Origin: Squalus acanthias
Taxonomy: Eukaryota
Direction of reading: 5' to 3'
NCBI GenBank assembly: GCA_030390025.1
Contig: CM059432.1
Location: 25,112,001 to 25,176,000 of the forward strand
Length of the DNA: 64,000 nt
The notes beneath the pieces were generated by a model, which searched no databases, was not told the origin of the DNA, and saw nothing but the letters and a program-made list of their open reading frames with translations. Both the position numbers and the translations under genes were made by a program. Position 1 is the first letter of the stretch. Every line of letters begins with the position of its first letter. This document shows, piece by piece, positions 11,853 to 23,225 of this stretch.

Positions 11853-13205
11853 TCAACAACAACTTGTATTTATATAGCGCCTTTAACGTTGTAAAAAATC
11901 CCAAGGCGCTGCACAGGAGTATTTTAAGACAAAAAATTTGACACCAAGCCACATAAGGAGAAACTAGTGCAGGTGACCAAAAGCTTGGTCAAAGAGGTAG
12001 GGTTTGAAGGAGCGTTTTAAAGGAGGAAAGAGAGGTAGAGAGGTTTGGGCAGGGAATTCCAGAGCTTAGGGCCAAGGCAACAGAAGGCACGGCCACCAAC
12101 GGTTGAGTGATTATAATCAGGGATGCTCGAGGGCAGAATTAGAGGAGCGCAGATATCTCAGGGGGTCGTGGGGCTGGAGGAGATTACAGAGATAGGGAGG
12201 GGCGAGGCCATGGAGGGATTTGAAAACAAGGATGAGAATTTTGAAATCGAGGCGCTGCTTAACCAGGAGCCAATGTCGGTCAGCGAGCACAGGGGTGATG
12301 GGCGAACGGGACTTGGTGCGAGTTAGGATACGGGCAGCCGAGTTTTGGATGACCTCAGGTTTACGTAGAGTAGAATGTGGGAGGCCAGTCAGGAGTGCGT
12401 TGGAATAGTCAAGTCTAGAGGTAACAAAGGCATGGATGAGGGTTTCAGCAGCGGATGAGCTGAGGCAAGGGCAGAGATGGGCGATGTTAAGGAGGTGGAA
12501 ATAGGCGGTCTTTGTTATGCTGCGGATATGTGGTCGGAAGCTCATTTCAGGGTCAAGTATGACACCAAGGTTGCGAACAGTGTGGTTCAGCCTCAGACAG
12601 ATGTTAGGGAGAGGGATGGAGTCAGTGGCTAGGGAATGGAGTTTGTGGCGGCGACCAAAAACAATGGCTTCGGTCTTCCCAATATTTAATTGGAGAAAAT
12701 TTCTGCTCCTCCAGAACTGTATGTCGGACAAGCAGTCTGACAATTTAGAGACCGTGAAGGGGTCGAGAGAAGAGGTAGTGAGGTAGAGCTGGGTGTCATC
12801 AGCGTGCATGTGGAAACTGACGCTATGTTTACGGATGATGTCGCCAAGGGGCAATATGTAGATGAGGAATAGGAGGAGGCCAAGGATAGATCCTTGGGGG
12901 ACACCAGAGGTAATGATGCGGGAGCGGGAAGAGAAGCCATTGCAGGTGATTCTCTGGCTATGATTAGATAGATAAGAATGGAACCAGGCAAGTGCAGTCC
13001 CACCCAGCTGGACCACGGCGGAGAGGTGTTGGAGAGGGATGGAGTGGTCAAACGTATCAAAGGCTGCAGACAAGTCAAGAAGGACGAGGAGGGATAGTTT
13101 ACCTTTGTCACAGTCACAAAGGAGAACATTTGTGACTTTGATGAGAGCTATTTCGGTACTGTGTCAGGGGCGGAAACCTGATTGGAGGGATTCAAACATG
13201 GAATT
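11853..13205 (-). mobile_element. L2 LINE 3' part (RT)
   Basis: ORF 12117-13073 with SAAFDT, GVPQGSILG, HADDTQLY and SRLDYSNALL; tail ggcgctatataaatacaagttgttgttg. Confidence 0.92.
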
Positions 13206-13235
13206 ATGGGTACTGAAATTAAATATCTACCTGTA

Positions 13236-13561
13236 ACACAAAGCGTGGTCGTGGCCGCCATTGCGCAGCCCGGCACCATGCTGCCCGTCACCACGCAGCC
13301 CTGGTGGCCTAGTGTGGGCCATCGGAGGCCCTGCAGAGTGTGCAGCGGCCCTCCCCTTTAACTGAAGGGGAGGGGTATCGAAACGTGGCAGCCCTCCGTG
13401 GAGCGCTGCAGTTCACGCCTCGACATGACCTCGGTTCCCACCCCACCAGAAAGTGGAGCTCCTGAGATTGCGTTCCACTTCTTGTGCGGGGCAGTAAGCC
13501 GGATTTAGCTGCGCTAGATGTCCAGCCTTAACTCGGGGGGCGGTAACCGAATTTCATGCCC
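13236..13561. mobile_element. Partial Harbinger-type MITE related to 901-1536
   Basis: Shares the cctcccctt...aaggggagg hairpin and the right end taaccgaatttcatgccc. Confidence 0.55.
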
Positions 13562-15630
13562 TCTGTTTAAGCACACTCTGCTGTAAACCCACTCTGTGCA
13601 TTCGGCGATGGTAATGCTGTTGAATGTCACGGGGCGGTGGTTAGATTCTCTCTTGTTGGAGATAGTCATTGCCTGGCACTTGTGTGGCGCGAATGTTACT
13701 CGCCACTTATCAGCCCAAAATGTCGTTCATGTCTTGCTGCATTCGGGCATGAACTGCTTCATTATTTGAGGGGTTGCGAATAGAACTGAACACTGTGCAT
13801 CCCCACTCTGACCTTATGATGGATGGAATGTCATTGATGAAGCATCTGAAGATGGCTGGGCCTAGGACACTGTCCTGAGGAACTCCTGCAGCGATGTCGT
13901 GGGGCTGAGATGATAGGCCTTCAACAACCACAACCATCTTCATTTGTGCTAGGTATAACTCCAGCCAGTGGAGAGTTTTCCCCCTGATTCCCATTGACTG
14001 CAATTTTACTGGGGCTCCTTGATGCCGCACTCGGTCAAATGCTGCTTTGATGTCAAGGGCAGTCACTCTCTCCTCACCTCTGCAATTCATTTCTTTTGCC
14101 AATGTTTGGACCAAGGCTGTAATGAGGCCTGGAGCTGAGTGGTCCTGACGGATCCCAAACTGAGCATCGGTGAGCAGGTTATTGGTGAGTAAGTGCTGCT
14201 TGATAGCACTGTCAATGACTCCTTCCATCACTTTGCTGATGATTGAGAGTAGACTGATGGGGCAGTAATTGGCCGGATTGGATTTGTCTTGCTTTTTGTG
14301 GACAGGACATACCTGGGCAGTTTTCCACATTGTTGGGTAGATGGCAGTGTTGTAGCTGTACTGGAACAGCTTGGCTGGAGGCGCAGCTAGTTCTGGAGCA
14401 CAAGTCTTCAGCATGACAGCTGGGATGTTGCCGGGGCCCATAGCCTTTGCTGTATCCAGTGCGCTCACGTGGAGTGAATCGAATTGGCTGAAGACTGGCT
14501 TCTGTGATGTCGGGGACCTCAGGAGCAAACCGAGATGGATCATCCACTCGGCACTTCTGACTGAAGAAAGTTGCAAATGCTTCAGTCTTGTCTTTTGCAC
14601 TCGCATGCTGGGCTCCACCATCTTTGAGGATGGGAATATTCATGGAGCCTCCTCCTCCTGTTAGTTGTTTAATTGTCCCGCACCTTTCACGACTAGATGT
14701 GGCAGGACTGCAGAGCTTTGATCTGATCCATTGGTTGTGGGATCGCTTAGCTTTGTCTAGAGCATGCTGCTTCTGCTGTTTAGCATACATGAAGTCCTGT
14801 GTTGCAGCTTCCCCAAGTTGGCACCTCATTTTTAGGTACACTTGGTGCTGCTCCTGGCATGCTCTTCCACACTCCTTATTGAACCAGTGTTGGTCCACTG
14901 GCTTGATGGAAATGGTAGAGTGAGGGATATGCCGGGCAGCTAGATCTGTTCTGAATCTATCCCATTTAGCATGTTGGTAGTGCCAAACAACTCAATGGAG
15001 GGTGTCCTCAGTATGAAGACAGGACTTCGTCTCACAGGACTGTGGTGGTCACTGCTACCAATACTGTGATGGACAATGCATCTGCAACAGGTGGATTGGC
15101 GAGGACGAGGTCAAGTAGGTTTTTCTCTCGTGTTGGTTCTCTCAGCGCCTTCTGCAGAACCAATCTGGCAGCTATGTCCTTCAGGACTCGGCCAGCTCAG
15201 TCAGTCGTGGTGCTACTGAGCCACTCTTGGTGATGGACATTGATGTCCCCTACCCAGAGCACTATCTGTGCCCTTGCTACCCTCAGTGCTTCTTCCAAGT
15301 GGTGTTCGACATGGAGGAGTACTGATTCATCAGCTGATGGAGGGCAGTAGATGGTAATCAGCAAGAGGTTTCCTTGCCCATGTTTAACCTCAAGCCATGC
15401 GACTTTATGGGGTCTGGAGTCAATGTTGAGGACTCCCAGGGCCACTCTGTCCCGACTGTATACCACTATGCCACCACCTCTGGTAGGTCTGTCCTGCCGG
15501 TGGGACAGGACATACCCAGGGATGGTGATGGAGGAGTTTGGGACATTGGCATAAAGGTATGATTCTGTGAGTATGACTATGTCAGGCTATTGCTTGACTA
15601 GTCTGTGTGACAGCTCTCCCAATTTTGGCT

Positions 15631-15910
15631 CTTCAATGTTCTGCTGGCCGGCCTCCCATGTTCCACAATCTGTAAACTGCAGCTCATACAAAACGTTGGT
15701 GCCCGTATCCTATCACACAAGAAGTCTAGCTCACCCATTATTCCTTTCTTTACTGACCTACATTGGCTCCAGGTCTAACAACTCAAGCAATTTAACATTT
15801 TCATCATCATGTTTTAATCCCATCACGGACTTGCCCCTCCTTATCTCTGTTACCTAATCTAGCGCTACTACAACAACCCCTCCCTCCCACGCAGAACTCT
15901 CCATTTCTCT
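15631..15910 (+). mobile_element. Old L2 fragment
   Basis: Degenerate match to the L2 C-terminal region (ctgacctacattggctcc). Confidence 0.6.
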
Positions 15911-16001
15911 GATTCATTCATGAGGTGTTTTGATCCATTGTGGCAGAAGTGCCATCAATTTGAGAATGTGTTGCTGTGGTAAAGTTTTTTCCTGGCCTTC
16001 A

Positions 16002-18100
16002 ATAAGAACATAAAACATAGGAGCAGGAGTAGGTCATTTGGCCCCTCGAGCCTGCTCCGCCGTTCAATAAGATCATGGCTGATCTGATCTTGGCCTCAAC
16101 TCCACTTCACTGCCCGTTCCCCATAACCCTTGACTCCCTTACCTTTCAAAAATCTGTCTATCTCCACCTTAAATATATTCAATGACCCAGTCTCCATAGC
16201 TCTCTGGGGAAGAGAATTCCAAAGATTCACGACCCCCTGAGTGAAGAAATTCCTCCTCATTTCCAATTTAAAAGGATGCCCCCTTATTCTGAAATTATGC
16301 CCCCTAGTTCTAGATTCCCACACGAGGGGAAACATCCTTTCTGCATCTACCGTGTCAAGCCCCTTCAGAATCTTACATCTTTCAATAAGATCCCCTCTCA
16401 TTCTTCTAAAGTCCAATCAGTATAGGCCTAACCTGCTCAACCTTTCTTCATAAGACAACCCCTTCATCTCCGGAATCAACCTCGTGAACCTTCTCTGAAT
16501 TGCCTCCAATGCAAGTATATCCTTCCTTAAATAAGGAGACCAAAACTGTACGCAGTACTCCAGGTGTGGTCTCACCAACGGCCTGTACAGTTGTAACAGG
16601 ACTTCCCTACTTTTATACTGCATTCCCTTTGCAAAAAAGGCCAACATTCCATTTGCCTTCCTAATTACTTGCTGTACCTGCAGATCCCTCTGTACTTCAA
16701 CATTTTGTAATCTCTCCCCATTTAAATAATAATTTGCTTTTTTATTTTTCCTACCAAAGTGGATAACCTCGCATTTTCCCACATTAAACGCCATCTGCCA
16801 GATTTTTGCCCACTCACTTAGCCTATCTATATCCCTTTGGAGATTCTTTGCGTCCTCCACACAATTTGCTTTCCCACCTATCTTTGTATCATCAGCAAAT
16901 TTGGCTACATTACACTCAGTCCCTTCACCCAATATAGATTGTAAATAGTTGAGGCCCCAGCACTGATCCCTGCGGCACCCCACTAGTTAAAGTGTGCCAA
17001 CCTGAAGATGACCCATTTATCCCAACTCTCTGTTTTCTGTTAGTTAGCCAATCCTCTATCCATGCTAATATATTACCCCCAACCCCATGAGCTCTTATCT
17101 TGTGTAGTAACCTTTTATGTGGCACCTTATCGAATGCCTTCTGGAAATCCAAATACACAACATCTACTGGTTCCCCTTTATCCACACTGTTCATTACATC
17201 CTCAAAGAATTCCAGCAAATTTGGCAAACATGATTTCCCTTTCATGAAACCATGCTGACTCTGCTTGACTATATTATGATTATCTAAATGTCCTGCTATC
17301 ACTTCCTTAATGATGGACTCCAGCATTTTCCCAATGACAGATGTTAGGCTAACTGGTCGATAGTTGCCTGCTTTCTGTCTCAATCCTTTCTTAAATAGGA
17401 ACGTTACATTTGCGGTTTTCCACTCCGCTGGGACCGCTCCAGAATCCAGGGAATTTTGGTAGATTACAACCAATGCATCTACGATCTCTGCAGCCACCTC
17501 TTAAGACTCTAGGATGCAGGCCATCGGGTCCAGGGGACTTGTCCACCTTTAGTCCCATTAGTTTGTCCAGTACTTTCTCTCTAGTGATAGTGATTGTTTT
17601 AAGTTCCCCCCCCCCGCCACCCCAATAGCCCCTTGATTATCCATTATTGGGAGGCTTTTAGTGTCTTCTACCGTGAAGACCGATACAAAATATTTGTTCA
17701 AATTCTCCGCCATTTCCCTGTTTCCCATTATTAATTCCCCAGGCTCATCCTCCATGGGACCAATGTTTACTTTAGCTACTCTCTTCCTTTTTATATTGAT
17801 GTGGAGATGCCGGTGTTGGACTGGAGTGGACAAATGTGAGAAGTCGCACAACACCAGGTTATAGTCCAACAGCTTTATTTGAAATCACAAGCTTTCGGAG
17901 CGCTGCTCCTTCGTCACCTGACGAAGGAGCAGCGCTCCGAAACCTTTTTATATTGTAGAAGCTCTTACTGTCTGTTTTTATATTTCTTGCTAGCTTACTC
18001 TCATAAGCTATCTTCTCTCTCTTTATCATTTTTTTAGTCGTCCTTTGCTGGTTTAAAAAAATTTCCCAATCCACTAGCCTTTCACTATTCTTCGCAACAA
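16002..18100 (-). mobile_element. CR1 LINE 3' portion (RT), frameshifted
   Basis: ORFs 16925-17497, 16417-16983 (FADD) and 16096-16416; CR1 3' UTR. Confidence 0.93.
17799..17942 (-). mobile_element. Short Penelope-type (pLTR-like) insertion with an inverted end
   Basis: 13-bp TSD CCTTTTTATATTG (17786-17798, 17943-17955); homologous to 26819-27038; hammerhead core fragments. Confidence 0.75.
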
Positions 18101-18198
18101 AGTGTTTCAGTGTGTGTCCTTTAACTCATACAGTGGCTAGACATAGTTGTTAATAGTTGGTAGGCTTCCTTGAATTCAGAAACAATATTAAACATACT

Positions 18199-18331
18199 GG
18201 GGTGAAATTTGACTACGAAGTGGATGTAAAGTGGGTGTTAGCTGATCGAAGTCAATGAAAAGGAATATTGAGTGAGGTGTAAAATGGGCAGCCATGCATT
18301 TGCACCCCCGCCGAAGCTAAATCTCACCCCC
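18199..18331. mobile_element. Small Harbinger-type MITE
   Basis: GGGGTGAAATTT...AAATCTCACCCC termini, ACT flanks, gaagtcaatg core shared with 52734-52890. Confidence 0.7.
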
Positions 18332-18621
18332 ACTCTGTCTGAGCTTACTTCAGTTGGGTCTTCAACTAAGAACTAAAGTTCCCAATTTCCTGTTGCTTCA
18401 GATATGGAAAACCAAGAAAGGAACCATGTTTTGACCCCAGAAAACCTGGGAAACGGCATAACCTTTAAAATATAAAAATTGGTAAGAACGTAAGTTAGAA
18501 AATTGCCCTTTCCAAATGATCTTATGAACATTTAATATAGTCATATCAAAATCCTTTCACCACTGTAAATTTGGCTGAAGATTGGTGGAAACTCTGATTA
18601 CGTGTGTAAATCACCTAAGCA

Positions 18622-19030
18622 TTCATTGACTCGAAGTGTTAACTCTGTTTCTCTCTCCACAGATGCTGCCTGACCTGCTGAGTATTTCCTTCATTTTCTG
18701 TTTCTATTTCAGATTTCCAGCATCTGCAGTATTTTGGAAATACTCAGCAGGTCAGGCAGCATCTGTGGAGAGAGAAACAGAGTTAACGTTTCAGGTTGAT
18801 GACCTTTCGTCAGAACTGGAAAAAGTTAGAGATATAACATGTTTTATCAAAGTGCAGAAGCAGGGAAAGGGGGGAGGGGAGGAAAGAACAAAAGGGAAGG
18901 TCTGTGCTAGGGTGGAAGGCAGGAGAGATTAAATGACAAAAGGTATGATTGTACAAAGCAAATGCTGAGTCTTTCCAGCATTTTCTGTTAGTATTTCAGA
19001 TTTCCAGCATCCGCAATATTTTGATTTTGT
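18622..19030. mobile_element. Second Penelope-type family: inverted pLTR-like fragments
   Basis: Perfect 52-bp inverted repeat (18638-18689 / 18736-18787), third partial copy at 18961-19030, hammerhead core on the minus strand. Confidence 0.7.
18781..18817 (-). ncRNA. Minimal type I hammerhead ribozyme motif
   Basis: AGTT-CTGACGA-A-AGGT(CATCA)ACCT-GAAA-CGTT-AACT on the minus strand. Confidence 0.7.
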
Positions 19031-19416
19031 TCAAGTATTCTATCTGCTTGATTTACCTTTGGAGAAACTTTGCAGAACTTTTTCTAAGGAGCTAAATAAG
19101 CTTCCTGGATCACTCGGTTTGCAAGTCTGACAACACATGTGCAACTGAGCAATGCTGATCAAGGGGGCCTGAAGGATAATCCTTAGGCTGAGCTGACTTA
19201 GCAGATCAAGCAGGGTTGCCAGTTGGAGCATTACAATTAGCCTGAATACGCTTGGGTTCGATAGGGTAGAAAGGAGCCAGGGTTCCAATTCCTGATTGTA
19301 CCTAGTGACCCCTAGTGGAAAGTGTGCAGATGTCGGGGGAGGACAGGATTGCACTCAGCAGTGATGGCCATCGCAGTTGCCTTGAAATATTTGCATGACA
19401 CAATAGGAAGTATAAT

Positions 19417-19610
19417 AGAAAGAAAGAAAGACTTGCATTTATATAGCGCCTTTCACGATCACCGGACGTCTCAAAGCGCTTTACAGCCAATGAAGTACTT
19501 TTGAAGTGGAGTCACTGTTGTAATGTGGGAAACGCGGCAGCCAATTTGCACACAGCAAGGTCCCACAAACAGCAATGTGATAATGACTAGATAATCTGTT
19601 TTTGTTATGA
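19417..19610 (-). repeat. SacSINE1-like SINE 3' part (Deu domain plus L2-like tail)
   Basis: Homologous to 53731-53900; (aaag)n tail. Confidence 0.85.
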
Positions 19611-19926
19611 GTGAAATGAAAGAAATAAAAAGCATATATGAGACTCAAAGAGCATATGAATATCTTAAAGAAGTTGGGGTTAGGTAGGTAGAAAGGTAAG
19701 TGTGAAGAAATGATAAAGTGAAGCAGGCTCCAGCAGGGTGCAGAAGCCTGGTAGAAGAAAGCAGGTTGACACTGAGGATAGACCACCTTGCCAGCACGGT
19801 GTTCCAGCAGAGGGACCGCCATCTCAACTACCGATCTGTCCTCAACCCCCCAGCCCCCAATTCCCAGAAGTACAAACACATTCATCTCACATTGCCAGCA
19901 CTTCTTACTGGAGAGCAAATGGGAGC

Positions 19927-20085
19927 TATAGAACATAAATAAAAACGTAAGAAATAGGAGCAGGAGTAGGCCATTCGGCCCTTCAAGTCTGCTCCGCCAT
20001 TCAATAATATCATGGGCTGATCTTCTATCTGAACTCCACCTTCCTGCACTATCCCCATGTCCCTCGGTTCCCTTAGTATCCAAAA
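19927..20085 (-). mobile_element. CR1 3' end fragment
   Basis: CR1 3' UTR motif ggagcaggagtaggccattcggccc. Confidence 0.85.
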
Positions 20086-20464
20086 GTTAAGCCTCTCACA
20101 CCTCCAGAAACCTGGGGGTTAAAATAACGGCCGGCAGGAGGGTGGCGCAGGGAGGTAAGCACCAGTAAGTGAAGTTGAAACAGAATCCATTAAAAACAAA
20201 ATGGACATAGCCTTGATTAAGAATGAAATGGAATGTTAGGCTTAACACTGGTAGAGAAAGCATAATCTGTCTGGAGCTCAGGTCTGAAATAATGTCTTAC
20301 TGTAGGAGTGAACGTTCTAATTGCCTTTTCTTATTCTTAATCTTATGTTCAACATCCTCAGGTAAAGGATTTAATTCACAGATTAAAACTAGTAGAGAAA
20401 GCCCTGAAGACAAATGGCCAACTGTTTCAGCTGTTGCAGAATATAGAAATTGCAAACATGCTTA

Positions 20465-20622
20465 TCAACAACAACAATTTTCATTTATATAGCACTTCTA
20501 ATGTAGAAAACCTTTCTAAGGTGCTTCACAGAGGTGTAAGGAAATGAATGCTGAGACAAAGAAGGAGAGAGTAGGAAGATGACCAAAAGCTTAGTGGAAG
20601 AGGTGGGTTTTAAAGAGAGTCT
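20465..20622 (-). mobile_element. L2 3' tail fragment
   Basis: caacaacaac...tttatatagc...gaccaaaagctt, as at 11853. Confidence 0.75.
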
Positions 20623-21399
20623 TAAGCCCTGATTTTTTTTTTTACACGGGGCGGGTAGCGTGCTTGCAGGTGCCGAATCAAACGGAGAATCATCCGGCCC
20701 CCTGGAGAGTGAGACCTGGGAGATTTTAACTCCCATTAACATATGCTGACACTGACTGTTGCCTGAAACCGGCGAGAATAACGTCACCACCGGTGGGTGA
20801 GGTGGGGGTGGGGGTGGGGTGGGAGTGGGGAAGTGTGTCAAGACGCACAACATTCACGAATATTGGGGGGGTGGGGGGTGGAAATTGAGGTACTCTGCAA
20901 TCGAGGGGAAGCCCAGCACAGGGGAGGCCCAAGGTATCTTTGTGGGGCCAGGAAGAGCACTCCTGCTCCTCCTAGCCCACAAAGAACCTTTAAAACATTT
21001 TTTTTAAAACCTTACTTATCTGGGCCGGCTGAGGTCAGGATCCTTGCTGCCACCAGCTTTTGCTGATGGGCCCCAAGACTGTGTGGCCCTTAATCGGCCT
21101 ATGGTTAAAATGGTTTGCCACGTCCCGATCATCATCCTTGTCATCAACATCAGGATGCAACTTTGCCATTTAATTTAGGCCCCTGCTGTTCTGAGGTGGG
21201 CAGTTTCTTCTGCCTGAAATGAGGCACAAGGAAGGGGTCTGTAACTACCTCAGACGACTGGGAAATCCTTGGGGGACTCAGTAGAACCAAGAAAGCAAGG
21301 TCCTAACCAAGCAATCCAAGAAAATCTATCAGTATTATGTAATACTTTAATAGAGCCTCAAAATCACAAGGAAGAAAAGCGTAATACCTGTAGTACATA

Positions 21400-21665
21400 C
21401 TGGCAAAAGAACCAGAAGGGAGATGAGGAGAATTTTATTTTTTTTACGCAGTGTGCAGCTTTATCTGAAATTCAATGCCTGAAAGGGGTTGGAAGCAGAT
21501 TCAATAGTAACTTTCAAAGGGAATTGATATGTGCTTGAAAAATTTGAAGGGCTATGGGGGAAGAGCAGGGCAGTGGGACTAATTGGATAGCTCTTTCAAA
21601 GAGCCGGCACAGGCACAATGGGCCAAAAGGCCTCTTTCTGTGCTCTATACAGTACCATGGTCTTA
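21400..21665 (+). mobile_element. Old CR1 3' fragment
   Basis: gggctatggggg...ggatagctctttcaaagagccggcac CR1-type end. Confidence 0.65.
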
Positions 21666-22849
21666 TAGCTCTGTGTCTTGTGTATATGGTTGGTTTGCCC
21701 TGAATTGAAATCCATGTTCGTTACCTGAAACAGCCAGTCAATAACAGCTGTTTTATTGCCAAGCGCTGTGCAGTTGGGCATCATTGATCAGTTATTCAGC
21801 AGGCAATGACTTGAGGTACAATCTTGATCGTCTGGTAGCAAACCAACTTCAGTAATTCTGGGATATCCATTTGCCAAGTCAAGTAAATGAATTGTGGGTG
21901 TTTCAAGGCCAACCAGCAACTATTTATAATACGCATCAATTAAAGAAAATCTCTACATTGAGTGAAATTATGATCACAAACCAAAGGCAGTATGATCTAA
22001 AAGGAAGGTCACAGTGATGGGAGTGCAGACAATTGCTTCATAAATATTTGTAAAGTCACGCAGAATACCAATTTGTGCTTAATAATTCACAAACAGGTTC
22101 GGTTTTGAAGACAGACTGCATTGTCTAACACATTAATAAATAGTGCTTCAGAAGCTCTCCTTGTACAACAGGCAATGCATAGCCTCAGCTAATATGAACA
22201 TAAAACATTAGTGGCTGACAGTATTATCACAGTCTTAGTCAAATAATAGCTTCATAACCCATGCTAAATTGATACCTTTCTGATAATATTGGTGCGATGA
22301 TTTATATCTGTATATAAACTAGTCTTGGGATGAAGTGAATAGCTTTTTCTGAGATCCAGCATAGGCACGATAAGCTGAATGGCCTCCTGCTGTGCTGTAA
22401 AATTCTGATTCTTATGTCTAACACGTGTCCAACACAGCTCAAAGCATCGTGGTTGAATTCATCACATTTTGTCACACTTGCAAAGTTATCATCACACTTA
22501 TACCTAATGTTTCGAATATTGTAAAACAGCAACAATTCACAACCAAACAACCTTTGCAAACAAGTATAAAAAAAAGGGAAAGAAAACCAATCATTTCCTG
22601 CATGCTTTACTGACCTGGCCTTTCCCCAAAGGGAGGAGCCCAAGATTTTCAAGCAGCAATAATAATCGTATAAAGTTTCAGTGACATTAAAAAGCTGTTG
22701 GGCCCAACAGCCTGTTACTTTTCGATATATCAGTACCACCTATCCTAGCCCTCAAACCTTCTCACTCCAGAATCACATCTAGTTGCCTTTGAACATATTT
22801 ATACTTTTCACTACAATGGCTTTTCTGCAGCAGTTTATTCCGCAAGTTT

Positions 22850-23225
22850 ATTACTAATTGAGTGCACGATCTAGGATGGGGCTGAACCATATAGACCAGA
22901 GAGGTAGCAGGTTCAATTGCCAGCCTTTGTTGAGTTAGCTGATCTTATCTTGGTGGCAGTTGGAGTCCTGCAATTGGTCTCCCCTCTGCCCGGTGTAGGG
23001 AGGGTAAAAAGGTGTCACTGCTGATCATTACCCAGTGACCCAGATGGAAAGTACACATGTAGAAAATGGATACGGACAGGACTGGACTTGAATGTGGTGT
23101 TCCCCACAAACACTGAATCATCGGCACTCATTGTCTATGCTTGCACAGAAAAAAATGGACATTCGGCAAGGTACTGGAGTGTATTGGCCCCTTTGGAAGT
23201 GCACCTTCAGAACAGCAGTGGAGAA
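22850..23225 (+). repeat. Old SINE-like repeat (related pieces at 19180-19410 plus strand and 54390-54600 minus strand)
   Basis: B-box-like ggttcaattgcc; shared agtgaccc...ggaaagt motif among the three loci. Confidence 0.45.

Larger units (their letters stand above)
8841..13600 (-). mobile_element. CR1 LINE with ORF1 (Zn-finger/zipper plus esterase), APE and C-terminus; RT core deleted near 9678; 5' UTR carries L2 and MITE pieces
   Basis: ORFs 11305-11739 (CxxC), 10904-11308 (GDSIV), 10169-10792, 9752-10141 and 8930-9748; (taagaaca) tail at 8841; host LINE resumes at 13601. The 5' extent beyond 11850 is inferred. Confidence 0.8.
4368..15630 (-). mobile_element. CR1/L2-group LINE family X (host), in pieces 13601-15630, 8201-8840 and 4368-4410, interrupted by two CR1 insertions
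   Basis: APE-like ORF 15197-15466 (IYCPP, VGDINVHH), RT ORF 13710-14621 (NYCPISLLS, ALDIKAAFD, GVPQDSVLGP), C-terminal ORF 8198-8665; sequence is continuous across the insertions. Confidence 0.8.

Noticed and set aside
18402..18481. AG/GT-bounded exon-like segment
   Set aside because: Stop codons in all three frames
20362..20548. Protein-like frame VKDLIHRLKLVEKALK after a CAG
   Set aside because: No donor site before it runs into an L2 tail; not recognised
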